From Octopus vulgaris (taxonomy: Eukaryota), in contig OX597814.1 in the NCBI GenBank assembly GCA_951406725.2, positions 59,148,001-59,212,000 of the forward strand: DNA of 64,000 nt, read 5' to 3'. Of the stretch, positions 40,700 to 53,902 are shown piece by piece (the stretch's first letter is position 1; the number at the start of each line of letters is the position of its first letter). The notes beneath the pieces were generated by a model that saw only the letters and a list, made by a program, of their open reading frames with translations, had not been told where the DNA came from and did not search any database. The position numbers were made by a program, and so were the translations under genes.

Positions 40700-41354
40700 A
40701 AACGCTTGATACACTTTCGACAATATCGGGCTGGTATTCCAGCTAATCAGACTCTGAAACCTAGAATTTCTAACGTCTTACTCATTTCCCGTGTATTTTG
40801 GCTAAATTTCTAGAATTAATTTTGAAAATTCTCTCCCAGTTATTTGCAATTATTAAAGACTTTATGCTGTTAAATGGAACTTCTTTGTTATATTCACTCT
40901 AGTCTTGTTTCCGAGAACTCTTTTCATTCAGAAAGTTTGTGTCTCTTTTGATGGGTTCAGATTTCGTGTAGATAACACTTATAATTGTAATGTTAAAGAA
41001 CATGACAATTACAATTATCTGCGTGGTGAGTTGTCTAGACTTAAAATTAGCCGATTATTATTTGCCGAACAGCATGAGTAATATTTTGATATTTGAATGG
41101 CAATGAAAGATACACAACGTACATCTCAGGAAGTTCGATTATACATACGCCCGAAAGTAGACTTCCAACTGAAGAAATACGAGACTGTTGGAAAGTATAT
41201 ATCAGCAACTTGGCGAAAAGATTCGTATGTCAAACATCGTGTCTGTACATACACATAAAAACGTAATACCTGACACTAACATAAATACATGTCTCCTTAT
41301 ATATACACATGTGTACGTATAATAAATATATATATGTATATATATATAACGATA

Positions 41355-41661
41355 AACGTCGCTCTTTCCAAGCCTAGCCAGGGCCATTGGCCCGGTTTCC
41401 CGGTTTCTGTGGCGTATGTCTTCCCCCCAGCTGGACGGAACGCCAGTCCATCGCAGCGTTACTCAAGAAACAGGAAGAGCGCGTGAAAGAGTACGTTGTG
41501 GTGAAAGAGTACGAGAGGGATCCCCATTACCCCTTGCCAGAGCCCCGTGGATATTTTAGGTGTTTTCGCTCAATAAAGACACACAACGCCCGGTCTGGGA
41601 ATCGAAACCGTGATCCTCCGACTGCGAGTCCGCTGCTCTAACTACTTGGCCATTGCGTCTC
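41355..41661 (-). mobile_element. SINE family C head with an alternative (V-domain-like) 3' half
   Basis: Same head as 40357; then CTGCGATGGACTGGCGTTCCGTCCAGCTGGGG...CAGAAACCGGG. Confidence 0.85.
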
Positions 41662-41673
41662 TCTCTGTCTGTC

Positions 41674-41772
<99 letters not shown>

Positions 41773-42184
41773 TATGATAATCAATGAATTTCATTAATAC
41801 ATATTTGAGATATTTGTTCTATATGTTACAGCGGTTCCGTAACCTATATTCACCGCCACTAAAACACTCTGTCTACACATGCGCGCGCACAAACACATGA
41901 ACGCATATTCATACATACATACATACATCTATATATATAAGATGCACATACGTACCTATATTCCAAAATTAACGAATACGTTGCTTCATCAGGAATATTT
42001 GATTAAGCTGAATTAAGGGGGTTCTTCTCTTTATATACCAATTATCAGAATATATATTTGTTAACGAGGTACTCCTTCGAGATATCAGAAAGGCTGATTT
42101 TAATAACATTTTAAAACTCAAATAAATGCAGGTAAATAACATAAAATACAATAAAATAATGTAAAATAAACTACAATAGGTACA

Positions 42185-42410
42185 GTTGTAGTTATGTGGA
42201 AAGAAGCTTGCTTCTCAATGGCAGGGTTCAAGGTCTGAGTCTCTGGGCAAACTTCCTCTACTAAAGCTTTATGAGTGGATTGGGTAGACAGAAACTGAAA
42301 GAATCATTTCATATATAAAATCTTTAGCTCAGTCTTTTCACCTACGAATCTTTCAAGGTGGTGCCCTAACATGGCCGCATCAAATGACTGTAACTAGTAA
42401 AAGATTAGTA
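42185..42410 (+). mobile_element. Degenerate SINE family A
   Basis: GAGTGGATTGGGTAGACAGAAACTGAAAGAA...GGTGCCCTAACATGGCCGC..AAATGACTG. Confidence 0.6.
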
Positions 42411-42639
42411 TAAAAATTCCTTATCCACTAGTTAACAAATACTTCGCCATTGGATCCCCGCAGAGGAGATAGAGAAGTGAAATGCCGAAAGAAAAGGTTT
42501 CTTATGCCAACATGAAAATTAAAACAATGTAAGCAAAATAGGTTCGTACAATGGTAGTGGGTTAGCAAATACAGTCGTTTTGAGACAAAAGGAGAACAGG
42601 TGTTTAAAGTGGCATGAGGGACCGGTTTCTAATTTTCAT

Positions 42640-42702
<63 letters not shown>

Positions 42703-42890
42703 TCCCGCGCCTACACCCACATTTACGCATATATACTTCAAATATTGCATTCTTTGAATGATAGCCGTAAACCCGATGGAGTATACTGTGAGTACTGCAT
42801 ATGTCTTTCAATCCCTAATCTACGTGTATATATACATATATATATATGTGTGTGTGCGTTTGTGTGTAGGTATATATATACATACATACA

Positions 42891-42986
<96 letters not shown>

Positions 42987-43586
42987 GATAGACACACACA
43001 CACACATATAGGTATGTATATTTGTATACAAACGCATAATTATTGAGAAATAAATTTTCGATTTCATATATTTTCTCCAAATGTTGGTGTTAAAACACGC
43101 ACTGCTATCGCATTAATACCCTATCTACAAACAATAGATTGTTGCGTTAGAACTGTTTTAACCATTTTAACTTTAACTGAGTAGTATTCAAGTATTGTTA
43201 TCTTTCATGTCAACCTTCGATGTGTGAAACATAGTGAAAATATTCCCATTTAAAAGTAATTTATACAACATGTTCTCCTTGTTTTTAAAGGTTAGGCTTG
43301 ATTTTATGATCTAGACAGTTGAGTGACCGACCGTTCCGTTTGCGTGTTATTTATACATTTCTGTTGCTGCGGGTGTAGTTCATATACATGATATAGGCGA
43401 CTCGAGAGAGTTTAAGTTCTGCTTATTTGTAGCGAATATGTGTTTGGTTGATGGATTGAACTGACAAAAGAATTTAGCACATAACACATTTCGTAGAAGT
43501 TACTTATAATTTTTGTATAAATAGTCTCACTTAGGTTCACATAACTTAAACTTCCTTGCGCACTAAGGAGACGCCTGTTTATTGAG

Positions 43587-43639
<53 letters not shown>

Positions 43640-44174
43640 GACCTGGGCTTCAGTGAGAAATCTTCCAAGGTACAGTTTGTTTCCCATAATTGATGAATTA
43701 ATTTCCAAATTGATTTCAACCATATATTTTTAACGACAATATTTATTCAACATAAAGTGTTAAAGATGTAGATTTGTCTTTTTAGTGAATATAAACGGAT
43801 ACAGAGAAGAGGACGTTTGTTGGTAGAGTTGTCAGTTTACAGGAGTAAATGATTTACTTTTGTTACTTCCCAATTCCTTCTCTTTCTCCTTAGAAGGTAG
43901 AGACTATATTCTGACTTGGGTTCTGTCAGGTATCATATATTCAGACTCCGCAATATATCATAACAGCACCCTTTGATTTTATTTTGAGTTTAAAGATAAA
44001 GTCAGATTTTTGTGTATGATTATTAAAGCAAGCTTGTAAATGATGGTAAGTCTAATCTTAACTGAATATGCCCTGGTAAAATTTCCTAAATATTTTATTT
44101 ACTGTTTTCTACAATGATCACACAATTAAATAATTCACACAAAGCTAAGATAATCTTAATAAGCCAAAGAAATG

Positions 44175-45240
44175 AGGTTTCTTGCCTCTTTCATCTGCAA
44201 CATTTCTAATAACACTACCAAAATCAATTTCTCTAGCAGTGCTCGCTTCAATATTCAGTTTAGCTAAATCAACAAGGCGAATTTAGACGTGGTAGTCTTT
44301 TAAACATTTTCGGTATTTTTCAGGTTGCTGAAAGATATTTCTGCTGATGCAACGGTAACATGATTTTCTAAGAATATTGCCAAACTAGCACAAATGTTTG
44401 TAAATATATCAGGTAGTCTTCAGTCAGTTAATATAGTTATCGATTCTAAGTGTTTCAGCTCTGGATTTCAATAGTTTGCACTATGTAGATGACGGTCAAT
44501 ATATTATTGCTAGCCGTTTCGCCACAAGCTTTTTTTCATTTTAGTCACTCACGCATTTGTGGGATAATGAAAATTGGGAGTTAACCAAATAGCAGCATCA
44601 AACGTATTTAATGCTGCAATAAAAAATATTAATCAAAACATAAGACTATTTTAGCATACTTCCTTTCCAAAATAGTGTCAGTGAGAAATTTTTCTGAGAT
44701 TGACATAGAGTTGTTCGCTCTCCTCGTTACACTTGCGTCTATGCACTCACGTGAGAGTTTTGAATACTGTTTAAAGAATAGATGCTAAGTCATTGGTGTC
44801 GCTCTAGATGCTTTTACAATTCTGTAACTTCTCCAGCAGTTAAGGGGGAGTTACATTGGTAGATACATCGATATTCAATATGATATCTATGTCTTGAGTT
44901 ACTTTAATTTAAGTAGCTGTAAAAGGTTACACCTTATAGCAAGCAGTCCATATTAGAACAGCTGTTTAAAAAGCTTATACTGTGCTTACTTCAATTCTTG
45001 TTTTAGCAGCTAATGTCTAAGAAGATAGATTACAAGTGTTTTGATACGTACATAACAGTCAGGCCCTCTGGTTACTGACATACAATTTGCTAATTTTAAG
45101 TAAGTCCCATAGTTTGTGCCTGAGAGTACAATTACTAGACTTAGCGGAGTTTTCAACTTAAGCACCTAATTTGCTGAATAGAAATAGGTAGAAGGTTTAA
45201 CAACTCAAACGAATATAATATACTCGGCAAAATCGCCCTT
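44175..45240 (-). pseudogene. hAT transposase remnant (C-terminal dimerisation domain, ZMYM1/Tip100-like)
   Basis: Minus strand 44418-44178 reads LPDIFTNICASLAIFLENHVTVASAEISFSNLK...RLVDLAKLNIEASTAREIDFGSVI (hAT signature VTVASAERSFS); upstream extent is uncertain. Confidence 0.7.
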
Positions 45241-46044
45241 GTAAAATTTGCTGAATTCTATTAAGCTGCAAATTCTTGAAAGCTATTGGAAATGATTTAT
45301 TTGCCGAAAATATAAAACCTATACATTCATACACAGTAAGAGTTTGGCTTTATTTTAGTAAAAAAAAAATCTGTCTATATTAACAGCAAGTATAAAAGAA
45401 TTAATTCGGCAAAAACACGCATTTCGTTTACCTGTAGACATTATCGATAATGCTTCTTATATTTTTATAAAACAGACAAACCTTTTGCAACTTCCTTAAC
45501 TTAACAATAATTGCAATAAAGATTTACGCAGCAAATAAATTACACTCTGAGTGTATTGTATGCCATCCATGGAATTACATCTAAACGTGTAAAAATATAT
45601 TTGTTATATAAAACAAATCCCACCATTATGGAGCGAAGTACATTCTCTGCTTCAAAGAAACAAAATCATTTCCTCGTCGTAGAGTAGCCGGAGCACGACA
45701 TAGTCGATATCATTGTTTCACAAATCATGCACATGAAATCAATGTTAACTGTGATCATACTACTCAATTATATTCAAAATCATTCATCTATGTATCGCAC
45801 TTTTTAAACAAGTAGACACAATCTGTAAGGCACTGGCAATTTAGCAGGAAATAATACCGGTTATTTATTTTTCTCAAATTAACAAAGCTATTTTCCAATA
45901 ATTTATGTATATTTTAATATTCTCCTACTGCGGCGATAATTCATGAAATATATCGATACTTCTATCTTTAAATTTTGAACTGCAAAGTAAAATTATTCAC
46001 TTACTTATGAAACTTGAATTACAATTTTTGAAGGATAAGACACT

Positions 46045-46388
46045 TGCGTGGCACCTTAGTCAAGTGTCTTCTGCTATAGCCTCGGGCCGACCAAAGCCTT
46101 GTGAGTGGATTTGGTAGACGGAAACTGAAAGAAGCCCGTCGTATATATGTATATATATGTATGTGTGTGCATATGTTTGTGTGTCTGTGTTTGTCCCCCC
46201 AACATCGCTTGACAACCGATGCTGGTGTGTTTACGTCCCTGTAACTTACCGGTTCGGCAAAAGAGACCGATAGCACACGTACTAGGCTTACAAAGAATAA
46301 GTCCTGGGGTAGATTTCCTCGACTAAAGGCGGTGCTCCAGCAGGGCCACAGTCACATGACTGAAACAAGTAAAAGAGTAAAGAGAGTA
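46045..46388 (+). mobile_element. SINE family A, 5'-truncated
   Basis: Near-consensus body and tail. Confidence 0.9.
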
Positions 46389-47539
46389 GAAGTGTATAAT
46401 ATATATATACAAAGTTTTTGAACATGGATACATAGGATATCTCGAGGATTTAAAGTTTAAAGTATGAAATATTCAGAAGGGATACATGTACAGCATTAAA
46501 TATATCTCACAACTCAGTTCATATATAATAGCACCCAACTATTGACGAGGGGAAATTATCCGTCCGTTTCACAGGAAAAAAAAACCTACCCCGGTAAAAT
46601 GCCAAGTAAACAGTTGAAGATTAACAAGTTTCCGAATCCAAGTAAAACATCCAATAAAAGTATCTGTAAGTGTTATTTATGGAAAGTACAATCAAATATT
46701 AATGAACTTGCTTTTGCGTTTCCAGACCTTAAATAGCGGCTGAAATCCCTTATATAGGCCCTGCATATATCTACATATAAGAATGTATGCTGTATAGTGT
46801 ATTCTTATACACAAATTATTGGCTTACTATTTTCATAATTTTTTTTATATATATACCAAGGCCTATTCCCCAATTTTTAGGAGCGGGTGGCCACAAAAAG
46901 GCAAACACCAGGCATTCCATTCATAACCCAATTTAAAATCTCTGCAAAATGCAAAGAACATTTCTCTGAGAGAGATTACAAATTTTTTGTATTACTATAA
47001 AGACAGGCTGTGCACTGTGTGTAAACTTTTCATTATAAATCAGCGAGAAAAAAGATATTCTTAGACAAATAAAACGAAACCTGCAACTCCTCATCCCAGC
47101 TTATAAATATACATTGTTATAGATAATTGTTGGTGCAAGTTGTTTTGTTGCTCTGTATTTATTTAGATGCCTGGTATAGAAGGATTTTCCAGACAAAGAG
47201 ACAATCTGATTCGCATCCTGAAAATTGTATATGTAAGCAGAACAGCAGAAATATGCAAAACACTGCATATGATAATTCTTTCATGCTTCTCTTATCTAAA
47301 TTCTTGTAATGGAACATTGTTTCGAAGAAACCGACCACTTTCTTCAAAGGAATATTTCAAAGAATGAAAAAATAAAGATCTATATATGAGTGTGTATGTA
47401 TGTATGTTCATGTATGCGTGTGCATGTATATGTGAGTATTCTTCAAAATACATACGTTATACATATGTTCCCCATCATATAGAGACATATACACAAATTT
47501 ACATACACGCATAATTCTTTCCACATACAAATCGTTACA

Positions 47540-47603
<64 letters not shown>

Positions 47604-47605
<2 letters not shown>

Positions 47606-48887
47606 GGGGTTGGACAAAATAATGGAAACACATATCATCATAATATCATAATTTTGAAATATCTATAAAACAGTCAAAAGCTTGTTTATTTTTATGTTGT
47701 TTTATCTGTTATTAGCGTTGCTTAATACGTTTTGGTAAAATTGCTGTTTCTTTTCAGATATCATCAGGAAAAGGTAATTTAAATTCATTAAACAACAGAT
47801 CTATCGGACTTTCAAACAGGTCAAATTGTTGGCGTTCGTGTGGCAGGCGCTAGCGTAGCGAAAACAGTCGAAATGTTTGGTATATCGAGAAGTACTGACT
47901 CGAATGTAATGACAGCCTTTGAGAGAGAGAGAGGGAGAAAAACCTTCTCATGGAAACAAAAATTCCGGATGAAAACCAAAACTTTCAGATAGGGGCTGTC
48001 GGAATCTTACACGAGTTCTTAGAAAGGATCACAAAAGTACAGCTCCTAAAATTACTGAAGTGCTTAATGACCACCTCGATAACTCAGTTTCCAGAAAAAC
48101 TATTCACAGGGAGCTACACAAAACTGGATTGCACGGGAGGTCTGCAATCACAAGACCATTATTTTCAAAAACAAACTTTGCAAAGCGTTTACAGTGGGGT
48201 TAAAAAACCTACCGAATTGCTACCTAGAGCAGTGGAAGAATGTTATTTTCTCGGGCAAGTCATCCTTTACATTATTTCCGACCACCGGTTGAATATACGT
48301 GTGGAGACAGCCAAACGATGCATTTGACCCAGACTGCCTTCTTCCAACTGTTAAACATGGAAGAGGCTCTGTGAGGATCTGGGGAGGGGCTATATTTTGG
48401 AAATCCATTGGCCCAATGGTTTTCCGTCACGGCATAATTATTAATCAAGATTATTTGAGCATTATATCTGATCAAATTCACCCTATGGTGGCGGAACTGC
48501 TTCCGGAGAGAAACGCAATCTTTCAGGAAGATAATGCACCAATTCACACAGTTAAATTTCTTACTGAATGGCACGAGGAACATTCTAGTGAATTTGAACA
48601 TCTTATCTGGACACCACAGTCCTCAGATCTCAATATTATTGAATATTTACGGTGCATTTGAGAAAAACAAGTAAGGAGTCGATATCCTCCACCATCATCA
48701 CCACTAGAATTTGAGACTGTTTTAACTGAAGTATGGACAAAGATTTCTTTGGAAACAATTCATACTTTGTACGAATCCATACCTCATAGGATCCAAGCTG
48801 TAATTACTGCCAAATATGGTCCTACGCCATATTAAAATAAATTTGTTTCAAATTGTAAGGTATTTCTATTATTTTGTCCAACCCCTG
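47604..48887 (+). mobile_element. Tc1-type DNA transposon (DD36E), decayed full-length copy 2
   Basis: TA-flanked TIRs CTGGGGTTGGACAAAATAATGGAAA / TTTCTATTATTTTGTCCAACCCCTG; frameshifted transposase DLSDFQTGQIVG...PTVKHGRGSVRIWG...FQEDNAPIH...WTPQSSDLNIIE...GPTPY*. Confidence 0.92.
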
Positions 48888-49099
48888 TATATGTATGTAT
48901 GTATATATCCATATATACGTAAAATATATAGGGTAGCGAATGTTTTTAGAAATTTCACTACCAGTGGCCAAGCATGTATAAAAAGTCAATAGGCAACATA
49001 ATAGTGTACATTTAAACACAAGAGAAACTACCTTAAAGGGTAATTTTATACGCTAGAAGAAGCTGTCAACACGACCAAAACCACATAAATCTATCTATC

Positions 49100-49164
<65 letters not shown>

Positions 49165-49196
49165 ATGTGTGTGTACATGTGTGTGTATATATATAT

Positions 49197-49459
49197 GGAG
49201 CGCGAACTCGCAGTCGTAGAATCGCGGTTTCGATTCCCAGACCTGGCGTTGTGAGTGTTTATTGAGCAAAAACACCTAAAAGCTCCACGACGCTCCGGCA
49301 GAAGGTGGTGATCCTTGCTATACTCTTTCACCACTCTTTCTCCTACTCTTTCGTCTGTTGGCCTGCTCGCTTAGCCAGCGGGGTGGTGTCTTTGAAGGCT
49401 AAAACAAAGACCAACGATGTGTAACAACATCTGATGGTCTGGTCGGTCACGTGATCACG

Positions 49460-49460
<1 letters not shown>
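49197..49460 (+). mobile_element. SINE family C (RTE-type tail, with deletions)
   Basis: Matches 40357-40666. Confidence 0.85.
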
Positions 49461-49507
<47 letters not shown>

Positions 49508-50114
49508 CAAGGATAAAAATTCACAAACCTAATAGTATTCCTATTCAGGAATTTGTAAACATTTGTTGATCTTTCGAACCATATGAAGCTCGATCGAACG
49601 TATACATAATCGGAGACGCTCCAGGCCCGACCTTCTAGTCTTTTCGATGTAAATTTGTAGTTAAGAATGTAGCATGTATTTGAAGAAATATTTGGATGTT
49701 GTATTAAGTAGCTAGAAAATCTGCTTTGAGTCTTTCACTCTCTCACACCTTCCCAATTGCTTTTTTGTTTTTCTTTATTCATTTTCTCCCACCCCTCTCT
49801 CTTAGTCTCTGGTCCTTAGCATAGCGTAGCCATTGTATTTGTGCGGCCGTGCGTGTCTATCTATTTCTATCCACCGGTCTATTTATCTCCTCTCTCTCTC
49901 TCTCTCCCTCTCTGTTTATACATATTTATATGAATATATATATGTGGATATGTGTGTGTATGTGTGCATGTATGTATGTGTGTATATGTATGTATGATTG
50001 TACATATGTATGTATGTGTGTGCATGTGTGTACATATATATGTACATACACATATACGCACACACAACCATCCATACAATCATACATATACACACACATA
50101 CAGCGCCATGATAG

Positions 50115-50295
50115 ATCGTTAGCCACTACACAGATTGTTTTTCACTCCTTGTTTTCTGTGTCCCTTTCTGTAGAAGAGCGTAGGCTCGAAACGTAAAAGA
50201 CTTTCTCTATTCCTGAGCGTTATACTAATACATCTGTTTGTTTTGTACACCACCTGTCTTCGTCTTTTACTGTTTTTTTTTTCGTAAACTCTCCC
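50115..50295 (+). mobile_element. Minimal-HHR cassette; HHR at 50164-50199
   Basis: CTTT-CTGTAGA-A-GAGC-GTAG-GCTC-GAAA-CG-TA-AAAG; ends at a (TA)n tract. Confidence 0.75.
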
Positions 50296-50361
50296 TATAT
50301 ATATATACACATATACGTGCACGGAAAGACATTCTAAAAGCTATTACCTAGTGTTATAAAA

Positions 50362-50576
50362 ATCCTTTCTACTGAAGGCACAAGACCTGAAATTTGGGGC
50401 GAGGGACTAGTCCATTACATCGACTCCAGTATTCACTGGTACTTATTTAATCGTCCCCGAAATGATGAAAGGCAAAGTCGACCTCAGCGGGATTTGAACT
50501 CAGAACGTAAGGGCGGACGAAATGTCAGTAAGCATTTTGCCCGGCGTACTAACGATTCTGCCAACTCGCCGCCTTG
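50362..50576 (-). mobile_element. SINE family B with 15-bp TSD
   Basis: TSD CCTAGTGTTATAAAA at 50347-50361 and 50577-50591. Confidence 0.92.
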
Positions 50577-50840
50577 CCTAGTGTTATAAAAGAAAAGACA
50601 GAATCTGTTGTCAGGACTCGTTACTTGAGCGTTACATCCAGAATTTTAGTGGTCCACATTTCGGTTCTCTGTAGCGGATTACTTGTCCTTTTTTATCTCT
50701 GTAAGGGTATTTTATCTGATCATCTAATCTGTTATTGCAGCTACAATCCTGCTTGTTAAATTTCCCTAATTTCCAATTTCCCAACGCTTCAGTGGAACGA
50801 GCCCGTTCCACAAACACACACAGACTCACACGCACGCACG

Positions 50841-50885
<45 letters not shown>

Positions 50886-50887
50886 TT

Positions 50888-50926
<39 letters not shown>

Positions 50927-50956
50927 CATATATATATATGTATGCATGTACATATA

Positions 50957-52221
50957 CGAGGGTCATTCATTAAGGAATTCCCTTGGCCCTCATCCTGTGT
51001 AACGCTGGTACCTGTATAGGCACATTCATACATGGATCTACATGCCACATTCTAAGTTACAGCTTTCCGTTAGAATTCGTTTGTCTTATTACCACTTCTA
51101 AAGTGGACTAATGTTGTTATAATGGGGCTAGTTCAATGCAGATCAGTGATCAGATTCTTATACCTGAAAGGTCGTACACCAAGAGAGACTTTTGATGTGA
51201 TGAATGAAGTTTATGATGACGATGCACCATCATAAGACATAGTGAAGCACTGGCATCAGCAGTTCAAATGTGTTCGGACATCGTTAGAAACTACTCCTAT
51301 TCCTGAACGACCACATTGTTTCATTGATATGGACACCATCCATAATTGGAAGCCACCATTGTGGAGGAACGCCGCATAACTATTCGGCAACTGACCCAAC
51401 ACGTGAAGATAATTGTAGGGTCCGTGAAAAAAATCATTCACAACCATTTGCACATGCAGAAGTTGCGTGCACGATGGATTGCCCGGATGCTCACACCTTT
51501 TGAGAAGCAGGAGCGTGTCAATTGTTCCCAGGCTATTTTGGCAATGTGTCAAGAAAACGAGAACTTTTTCGGCAGGCTTATCACACATGCTAAAACATGG
51601 GTCCATCACTATGATCCTGAGACTAAAGTCCAGTTGAAGCAATGGAAGCATGATAACACACTACCTCCAAAAAAGGCTCGCGTCCAACCGTCAGCAGGAA
51701 AGGAGACGTTCTTAGTATTTGGGGACAAGCGCGGCGTAGTCATGATGGATTTTCTGGCAAAGGATACCACAATGAACGGGACATATTATGCTTTTCTGCT
51801 GCATAAATTGCGGGACGCCGTCAAAACAGAAAGGCATGGTATATTGACCAAGGGTCTCCGCCTCTTCCAAGACAGCGCTGCTGTTCACGATGCGCATGTT
51901 GCCCAGATGTAAACACACTCCTGCGGATATGAAATTCTTACTCAACCCCCTTACTCTCCCGAACCACGCACCATCTTCCAACTTTTTCGAAAAATTAAGT
52001 CTTTTTTGAAGTGGAAGCACTTTTAGGATGATGTGACCTTGTTTCCAAACTAAAGTATTGGCTCCAGACGTAACCTACCGACTTCTACAGACGAGGTCTT
52101 GACAGCCGCATGAAGCGTTGGGAGGAGTGTATCACCAAATGGTGGTGGATTACATAGAGAAGCACGTTTAATCTAGTCCTTGGGAAATGGGTTAGAGTAA
52201 ATCTTTAATTAACATCCACCG
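50957..52221 (+). mobile_element. mariner (DD34D-type) transposon, decayed
   Basis: TA followed by CGAGGGTCATTCA 5' TIR; degenerate 3' TIR; transposase from ATG 51122 (RSVIRFLYLKG...ARWIARML...TWVHHYDPETK...FQD..PPYSPE) with stops and frameshifts. Confidence 0.9.
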
Positions 52222-52222
52222 C

Positions 52223-52316
<94 letters not shown>

Positions 52317-53418
52317 GCGTGTGTATAAATCTCTCTCTTATGCAGAAGCGTACGTGTAAATATTTTGTCGTTAGAAACACACACACAGCTATATATGTAT
52401 GAATTACTTTTCATATATTATGTATCTCTAGGTTTGTGCGTACATGGGTCTACATCGGTGCTTGTAAAATATGTATGTGTGCGCATAATATGTATGTCAG
52501 TATCCATATAAATGCAAGTATTGAAATACATCTTTGTTTTGTTTAATTAATGAAATGTAGCAAATCAAAATGCACGCTGGAAAACAAAATCAAGTAAAAG
52601 CAAGTTTTAACTAATTGCAACGAGTATTTCTGTTTCAGTTGAAAGTACCATCTGCTTCATTTTCACGTTTTTTGCCGTTATCATTGATGTCGTGTTGACA
52701 TTGTCTTGAGTCCTATGTTATTATTGTTGATGTTATTGAAATCGTTGTTGATGTTTTTATTGTTGCAGATGGTATTGCATTTACTCTTTCTGTTCTTTTG
52801 CTGATTTTGTTGAGGTCGGAAGCTGATCGTTGGACTCATAACTGCATCTCTGCAAACTTGACAGATGTTCTTCCATTGCAACATATCAATTCTCCGATAT
52901 TTTCCATCCATTTCCAAAATTTAGTTGCTTCCAGCGTCAACTTCAAATTGTGTACGCCATAAGAAACTTCGGGTATCATTAAATAAATCGGCTTTAATGG
53001 TGAAACTCAAAGTAGATAATGCTTAATTATAGAATGTAAATATTGGGTTAAAAACAGTTTCGCAAGAAAAAGTCGAAGTCCGCCGGTAGGAACCCATTCT
53101 CCCACTTTGAGTAAAAGCTATTATTTACAACTACATCTACTTTGAGATCTACAGTTAAATGTCTCTGGAATTTAAAAAATTACTATGAACGTAAGCAGCA
53201 TGCAGATTTTGCTGCTAAGTACAAAACTGTTACCATGGCTTCAGAAATTCGAAGGATTGCTCTAAATCTATTGCAGTAAGTCCATCATATTCAGAGAACT
53301 TATGGGCAGTCCTCAGCCATTTTTCACTGCTAAGGTGGTTTCACCCAATTATTATAAAATATTACTTTATCTATTTGGAGTTCTATCGTTAAAGTGATAT
53401 ATTTCCTAACGCAAATAG

Positions 53419-53499
<81 letters not shown>

Positions 53500-53863
53500 G
53501 CACACTGCATAGACAACAGATTGCATTCCCAGAATATAGAACGATACCTTTTAGTGAGCACATTGAGAAATGCGCAAAGCAACTACTACCACAATTTTTA
53601 ATCTTTCAATTTTACCAATGTGCTTTCGGATCATCAACACAAATTAGACTAAACAAGGAAACATTCTTCACTGAAAAGTACAAGCCCAGACTCAACCATC
53701 CGAACATACTGATACAGAGAAATTCACATTAAGGGAAAGGAAAAAAACTTTTAAGCGATTATCTCCCTTACACTGGAAGAAATCACCCACTACCTTCCCT
53801 TATTTAGAACTCTCCGGAGCTTAAACACAAGGATAACTCTATTAAACATAAACATAACGTCAC

Positions 53864-53902
53864 AAGAAATTTGAAAAGCTAAATGCGAAACCGGTCTTTC
53901 TT
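53864..53902 (+). ncRNA. Minimal hammerhead-like motif in left pLTR (identical copy 57332-57370)
   Basis: AAGAAA-T-TTGAAAA-GC-TAAAT-GC-GAAA-CCGG-TC-TTTCTT; stems present but the CUGANGA box reads UUGAAAA. Confidence 0.55.

Noticed and set aside
41160-41215. CTGAAGA...GAAA hammerhead-like boxes
   Set aside because: Stems I-III cannot be formed with a valid NUH triplet
52681-52917. Asn-rich 78-aa minus-strand ORF as a candidate exon
   Set aside because: Low-complexity (TTG/TGA)-type tract with no convincing splice sites or homology
53394-53732. 112-aa ORF ending like the PLE endonuclease
   Set aside because: It is the duplicated pLTR copy of the GIY-YIG C-terminus fused to (TA)n, not a separate gene
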